Below are positions 59,633-64,000 of a DNA stretch of 64,000 nucleotides, piece after piece (the first letter of the stretch is position 1; each line of letters begins with the position of its first letter). The stretch comes from a virus, in IMG/VR virus record IMGVR_UViG_3300011116_000834, positions 32,001 to 96,000 of that record; one strand, 5' to 3'. The notes below the pieces were generated by a model. That model ran no database searches, was not told where the DNA came from, and saw only the letters and a program-made list of their open reading frames with translations. A program made the position numbers and the translations under genes.

Positions 59633-59645
59633 TAAGGTTTATATA

Positions 59646-60686
59646 ATGAAAAAAGTGGCATTAATTACAGGCATTTCTGGTCAAGACGGATCATATCTAG
59701 TGGATCTCCTCATATCCAAGGGATATGAAGTTCATGGTATCATTCGTAGATCATCATCTTTTAACACTGCAAGACTTGAACATCATATTCAAAATCCAGA
59801 GGTATATAACAAATCTTTCTTTTTGCATTATGGCGATCTAACTGATTATACTACAATAGAGAAGTTGATTGCTAGATGCAATCCAGATGAGATATACAAT
59901 CTTGGAGCACAGAGTCATGTTCGTGTTTCATTTGATGCTCCAGTATATACGGGAGAAACCGTAGGTATTGGAACATTGAATATGCTTGAAGCGATTCGTT
60001 CCTATGAACAAATCTCTGGTAAAAAAGTAAGGTATTATCAGGCATCCTCAAGCGAGATGTTTGGAAAGGTACAAGAGGTTCCTCAAAAGGAAACTACTCC
60101 ATTCTATCCTCGTTCACCATATGGTTGCGCAAAGGTATATGCACATCATCTTACGGTGAACTATCGCGAATCGTATGGTCTGCACGCATCGTGTGGCATT
60201 TTATTCAACCATGAAAGTCCAAGACGCGGAGAGACATTCGTAACTCGTAAAATCACCAGAGCGGTTGGTAGAATTTATCAGGGACTTCAGAAGAAACTCT
60301 ATCTTGGTAATCTGGATGCTCTGCGAGACTGGGGATTTGCTGGCGATTATGTCGAGGCGATGTGGTCGATGCTACAGCAAGAAACACCAGATGATTATGT
60401 AATTGCAACTGGCAAGATGATCACAGTTCGTGAATTCTGTGAAAAGGCATTTGCAAGATATAGCATGGATTACCGCGACTATGTCGAAGTGGATGAGCGA
60501 TACTACCGTCCAGCAGAAGTAGATCAACTGCTTGGAGATCCAACAAAGGCGAAGGAAAAACTTGGTTGGGAACCAAAGGTAAACATCGATGAACTCATCA
60601 ATATGATGGCAGATCACGATTTTCAATTAGCAAGAAGAGATTTCGTGCTTCATGTACATGACAACAAACTCAATCCCATTCTCTGA
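59646..60686 (+). CDS. gmd: GDP-mannose 4,6-dehydratase
   Basis: '[14 protein letters not shown]', '[12 protein letters not shown]', '[10 protein letters not shown]', 'PRSPYG.AK', '[18 protein letters not shown]', 'RDWG.A.DYV', 'RPAEVD.LLGD'. Confidence 0.97.
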   Translation: MKKVALITGISGQDGSYLVDLLISKGYEVHGIIRRSSSFNTARLEHHIQNPEVYNKSFFLHYGDLTDYTTIEKLIARCNPDEIYNLGAQSHVRVSFDAPVYTGETVGIGTLNMLEAIRSYEQISGKKVRYYQASSSEMFGKVQEVPQKETTPFYPRSPYGCAKVYAHHLTVNYRESYGLHASCGILFNHESPRRGETFVTRKITRAVGRIYQGLQKKLYLGNLDALRDWGFAGDYVEAMWSMLQQETPDDYVIATGKMITVREFCEKAFARYSMDYRDYVEVDERYYRPAEVDQLLGDPTKAKEKLGWEPKVNIDELINMMADHDFQLARRDFVLHVHDNKLNPIL

Positions 60687-60694
60687 TATAAATA
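60687..60694 (+). promoter_or_regulatory. T4 late promoter before the GT2-TPR gene
   Basis: Exact TATAAATA immediately after the gmd stop, followed by SD aagga. Confidence 0.8.
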
Positions 60695-60712
60695 CAATAA
60701 AGGATCTATAAG

Positions 60713-61930
60713 ATGAAGAAAACCGTTGCCTTGTGCATGATCGTAAAGAATGAGTCTCATATCATTCATGAATGCTTGAATTCGATTTATCAGTATGTCG
60801 ATTACTGGGTCATTTCCGACACAGGATCAACTGACGGTACTCAAGATATCATTAAGAAGTTCTTTGAAGAGAAGGGCATTCCTGGTGAACTTCATCAGGA
60901 TGAATGGAAGAACTTCGGTCATAACCGATCATTAGCACTTCGTCATGTAGATGGCAAGGCGGATTATGCATGGATGATCGATGCCGATGATAAGGTAGAA
61001 GGATCATTCAAACTTCCAGAAAACATGGAAGCAGATGGATATGTTGTTAGAATGGGAAGAGAAGAATTCTCATGGTGGAGAACTCAGATTTTTAAGACCG
61101 AGGCAAAATGGGAATATCGTGGAGTTCTCCATGAATATCCATTCTGCACTACAAAGGAACAAGCAATTCTGACTAAAGTGGAAGGAAAATATAATATAAA
61201 TGCTCGTACTCTTGGTGCAAGAAATGTCGGTATCAGTATAATTGAAAAATATACAAGAGATGCAGAACTATTGGAAAAAGCACTGATTGATGAACCAACC
61301 AATACACGATATCAGTTCTATCTTGCTCAATCATATTTTGATTCTCAACAATATGAAAAGGCAATTGAGGCATATCTGAAAAGAGCATCTATGGGTGGAT
61401 GGCAGGAAGAAGTATTTTACTCTCTGTATAGAGTTGCCATATCGCGCGCAATGTTGGATAAACCATGGGCGGAAATTCAAGCATCATTTTTAGATGCATA
61501 TAATTATAGACCAATTCGTGCAGAACCATTGATTCATATTGCTCAGGTTCTAAGAACTAAATTTGATCAACCAGCGGCAGCATTTGTCTTTGCACGCATT
61601 GCTGCGGAGATTCCATATCCTCAGAATGAAATTTTGTTTGTACCCGATCATCTTTATAAATTTGCCGCTTTAGATGAATTGGGTGCCACGGCGCATTCTG
61701 CTGGTAGACCAGAATTGGGATATCTGGCATGCAAGAAATTACTTGAAGAGGGGCGTTGTCCAACTGATCAAATTGAAAGAGTTCAGAATAATTTTAATCA
61801 TTATCGCATGATCATGGAAAAGATCGGTGAGCAACAAGCATTGATGCAAAAACAAATAGAGGCACAATCAGTAGTAAAACCACAAGAAAAGACAAAAAAG
61901 TTCAAAGAGCGAAAGAAAGTTAAAAGTTGA
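60713..61930 (+). CDS. GT2-family glycosyltransferase with C-terminal TPR repeats
   Basis: 'LCMIVKNE', 'DTGSTDGT', 'FG.NR..AL', 'IDAD', 'GVLHE'; TPR-like 'RYQFYLAQSY.D....EKAI..Y' and 'RAEPL'. Confidence 0.88.
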   Translation: MKKTVALCMIVKNESHIIHECLNSIYQYVDYWVISDTGSTDGTQDIIKKFFEEKGIPGELHQDEWKNFGHNRSLALRHVDGKADYAWMIDADDKVEGSFKLPENMEADGYVVRMGREEFSWWRTQIFKTEAKWEYRGVLHEYPFCTTKEQAILTKVEGKYNINARTLGARNVGISIIEKYTRDAELLEKALIDEPTNTRYQFYLAQSYFDSQQYEKAIEAYLKRASMGGWQEEVFYSLYRVAISRAMLDKPWAEIQASFLDAYNYRPIRAEPLIHIAQVLRTKFDQPAAAFVFARIAAEIPYPQNEILFVPDHLYKFAALDELGATAHSAGRPELGYLACKKLLEEGRCPTDQIERVQNNFNHYRMIMEKIGEQQALMQKQIEAQSVVKPQEKTKKFKERKKVKS

Positions 61931-61938
61931 TATAAATA
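61931..61938 (+). promoter_or_regulatory. T4 late promoter before the right-hand structural cluster
   Basis: Exact TATAAATA directly after the GT2 stop codon. Confidence 0.8.
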
Positions 61939-61953
61939 ATGCTATAGACTACT

Positions 61954-62148
61954 ATGGCATTTCCATCTAATCCAATTCAAGGAACCACATACGACAATAA
62001 CGGTCGTATGTGGTCTTTTAATGGATATGCATGGGATAAAATACAGGTGACTGGTGGAGGTGGCATTGTTGGTAATTATGTTTCCACATTCAATGGGTTG
62101 ACAGGAGATGTTGTTTTTGGTATAAATATCGATGGTGGAACTTATTAG
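61954..62148 (+). CDS. Small virion/fibre-associated protein
   Basis: 'FPSNP..G..Y...G..W.F.G..W', 'VSTFNGLTG.V' and 'IDGGTY' motifs common in phage fibre proteins. Confidence 0.6.
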   Translation: MAFPSNPIQGTTYDNNGRMWSFNGYAWDKIQVTGGGGIVGNYVSTFNGLTGDVVFGINIDGGTY

Positions 62149-62156
62149 GAGAAACT

Positions 62157-62588
62157 ATGCCAGCTTCAAGATACGACATATATGCAGAACAAGGGAGTAC
62201 TTGGAAATTTCATTTAACTTACAAATATTCGGGTGGCACAGGAATTGATCTTTCAAATTTTCATGGTGCCATGCAGGTTCGTAGATCCTCTAAAGATGAC
62301 AAGGTTTTGCTTTATCTGACCGATTATGGAGTTACTGGTGGTGGAATAACTGGTGATTTTACTCCTAATATCGATGGAATTGCTGGTATTGGTGGTATAA
62401 GTTTCAATACTTCGATTGCAGGTGCTACTGGATTTACTGGTGGTATATTTTTTAGAACAGACAAGACAACAATGAAAAATATACCACCAGGAAAGCATTT
62501 CTATGATTTTGAATTAACCAATACTTTGGGAGAAGTTCAACGACTCATAGAAGGAACATTTGAAGTTCCAAGAGAAATTACGAGATAA
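62157..62588 (+). CDS. Virion structural adaptor protein (BppU-N-like Ig fold)
   Basis: 'EQGST', 'DLS....MQVR', 'YD.EL......V.RLIEG...V..EITR'. Confidence 0.6.
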   Translation: MPASRYDIYAEQGSTWKFHLTYKYSGGTGIDLSNFHGAMQVRRSSKDDKVLLYLTDYGVTGGGITGDFTPNIDGIAGIGGISFNTSIAGATGFTGGIFFRTDKTTMKNIPPGKHFYDFELTNTLGEVQRLIEGTFEVPREITR

Positions 62589-62590
62589 TA

Positions 62591-64000
62591 ATGTCAAATT
62601 CGAATGATCAGGTAATACTTGTTGTTACCACATTCAAAGAGACCAATACTGTAGATACAAATAATAATGTATCCAATATCGTCGTTTCAAAAAATCAACC
62701 CGAAACAACTCTGGTTGTAACTAATAATCCTCCTACAGTAAATAATATAACAGTTAGCAATATCAATGCTTCTGAGTTGATAATTCAACCCCCAACAAGC
62801 ATAAATGTAATTGCTTCTACGATAACATCCAGCACAATACTTACTGCAACTCCATTAGGTGTTGCTTCTTCTGGTCCACAAGGTATTCAAGGAGTTACAG
62901 GACCCACTGGTGGCACTGGATCTACTGGACCTACTGGTGGCACTGGTGCTACAGGATCTGGTTATACTGGAATTAATATTTCTAATGGATATCTTTGGAT
63001 ATCGCCAGTAGATAATACTGGTATTAAAGGTGCATCATTCTCTCTTGGTTATGTGATTGGATCTACTGGTTCTACTGGACCTACTGGTGGTACTGGTTCT
63101 ACTGGACCTACTGGTGGCACGGGTTCTACAGGATCTGGTTATACTGGAATTAATATTTCTAATGGATATCTTTGGATATCGCCAGTTGGAAATGATGGAA
63201 TTAAAGGTACATCATTTTCTTTGGGTTATGTGATTGGATCTACTGGATCTACTGGACCTACTGGTGGTACTGGTTCTACTGGACCTACTGGTGCTACGGG
63301 ATCTGGATATACTGGAATTAATATTTCTAATGGATATCTTTGGATATCTCCAGTTGGAAATGATGGAATTAAAGGTGCATCATTTTCTATTGGTTATGTG
63401 ATTGGTTCAACTGGTGCTACTGGACCTACTGGTGGCACTGGTGGCACTGGTGCCACTGGACCTACTGGTGGCACTGGTGCAACTGGATCTGGTTATACTG
63501 GAATTAATATTTCTAATGGATATCTTTGGATATCTCCAGTTGGAAATGATGGAATTAAAGGTACATCATTTTCTTTGGGTTATATCATTGGATCTACTGG
63601 AAATACTGGAAATACAGGTAATACAGGAAACACAGGCAATACAGGAAATACTGGATCTGGTTATACTGGAATTAATATTTCTAATGGATATCTTTGGATA
63701 TCTCCAGTTGGAAATGATGGAATTAAAGGTGCATCATTTTCTATTGGTTATGTGATTGGTTCAACTGGCAATACTGGTAATACTGGCAATACTGGTAATA
63801 CAGGTAATACTGGAAACATAGGAAATACTGGTGCTACGGGATCTGGATATACTGGAATTAATATTTCTAATGGATATCTTTGGATATCGCCAGTAGATAA
63901 TACTGGTATTAAAGGTGCATCATTTTCTATTGGTTATGTGATTGGATCTACTGGTTCTACAGGCAACACTGGTAATACGGGCAATACTGGAAATACTGGA
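62591..64000 (+). CDS. Collagen-like fibre protein, partial (runs off the right edge)
   Basis: Not in the ORF track because it has no stop. ATG 62591 gives [14 protein letters not shown]..., then [19 protein letters not shown] and repeated [19 protein letters not shown] modules; frame open to the end. Confidence 0.85.
   Translation, partial: MSNSNDQVILVVTTFKETNTVDTNNNVSNIVVSKNQPETTLVVTNNPPTVNNITVSNINASELIIQPPTSINVIASTITSSTILTATPLGVASSGPQGIQGVTGPTGGTGSTGPTGGTGATGSGYTGINISNGYLWISPVDNTGIKGASFSLGYVIGSTGSTGPTGGTGSTGPTGGTGSTGSGYTGINISNGYLWISPVGNDGIKGTSFSLGYVIGSTGSTGPTGGTGSTGPTGATGSGYTGINISNGYLWISPVGNDGIKGASFSIGYVIGSTGATGPTGGTGGTGATGPTGGTGATGSGYTGINISNGYLWISPVGNDGIKGTSFSLGYIIGSTGNTGNTGNTGNTGNTGNTGSGYTGINISNGYLWISPVGNDGIKGASFSIGYVIGSTGNTGNTGNTGNTGNTGNIGNTGATGSGYTGINISNGYLWISPVDNTGIKGASFSIGYVIGSTGSTGNTGNTGNTGNTG
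62875..64000 (+). repeat. Tandem repeat: ~35-aa conserved module alternating with G-x-T triplet runs (6 copies visible)
   Basis: ggatctgg(t/a)tatactggaattaatatttctaatggatatctttggatatc starts at 62954, 63131, 63299, 63485, 63653 and 63839 (periods 177, 168, 186, 168, 186). Confidence 0.95.

Noticed and set aside
51212-61930. Glycan island as a DNA hypermodification system like T4 glucosyl-hmC
   Set aside because: No hydroxymethylase or T4-type alpha/beta-glucosyltransferase was recognised, and the families present act on glycans or proteins. Not strictly excluded.
249-62498. Many 60-146 aa ORFs antisense to or overlapping conserved genes
   Set aside because: They lie within well-supported T4-like genes, lack family motifs, and are expected by chance.
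63402-63755. 117-aa ORF in the track ([10 protein letters not shown]...)
   Set aside because: Off-frame shadow of the collagen repeat; the real frame starts at 62591.
62875-64000. CRISPR array
   Set aside because: The repeats are over 100 bp, in frame and protein-coding, and the intervening parts are G-x-T codons rather than unique spacers; no cas genes.
1-64000. tRNA genes or genetic-code reassignment
   Set aside because: Intergenic gaps are short with no cloverleaf seen, and core genes translate full-length in the standard code, ending at TAA, TGA or TAG.

Overview
This window is a gene-dense, AT-rich segment of a large T4-like myophage genome, almost all on the + strand. In order it holds: a baseplate module (gp54-like fragment and gp4 on the - strand; gp48, gp53, a 1848-aa gp27-type hub, gp25, gp6, gp7, gp8); a ~15 kb block of unusual tail/fibre proteins carrying collagen-like G-x-T repeats, tandem GxCC cysteine modules and DUF1566/Lcl-like lectin-fold domains; the neck-packaging-tail-head core (gp13-gp23, gp3); recombination, replication and transcription genes (uvsY, uvsW, gp55, gp47, gp46, gp45, gp44, gp62, regA); a ~10.7 kb glycan island (GT10- and GT11-type fucosyltransferases, other glycosyltransferase-like ORFs, two FkbM methyltransferases, an NDP-sugar C-methyltransferase, gmd, and a GT2-TPR enzyme behind a T4 late promoter); and the start of a collagen-like fibre gene with six tandem modules that runs off the window. 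The best candidate for an undescribed system is phage-encoded glycosylation of the virion: a late-expressed GT2-TPR enzyme, sugar-building genes next to it, and a G-x-[T/C] motif that recurs across virion proteins but looks sparse in replication proteins. Other highlights are a hub with a >1200-aa Cys-rich/collagen insertion and no adjacent gp5, an RBS-sequestering hairpin that contains a late promoter before gp13, and a near-consensus antisense sigma70 promoter upstream of gp55. All product calls rest on recalled family motifs and gene order; no database search was run.
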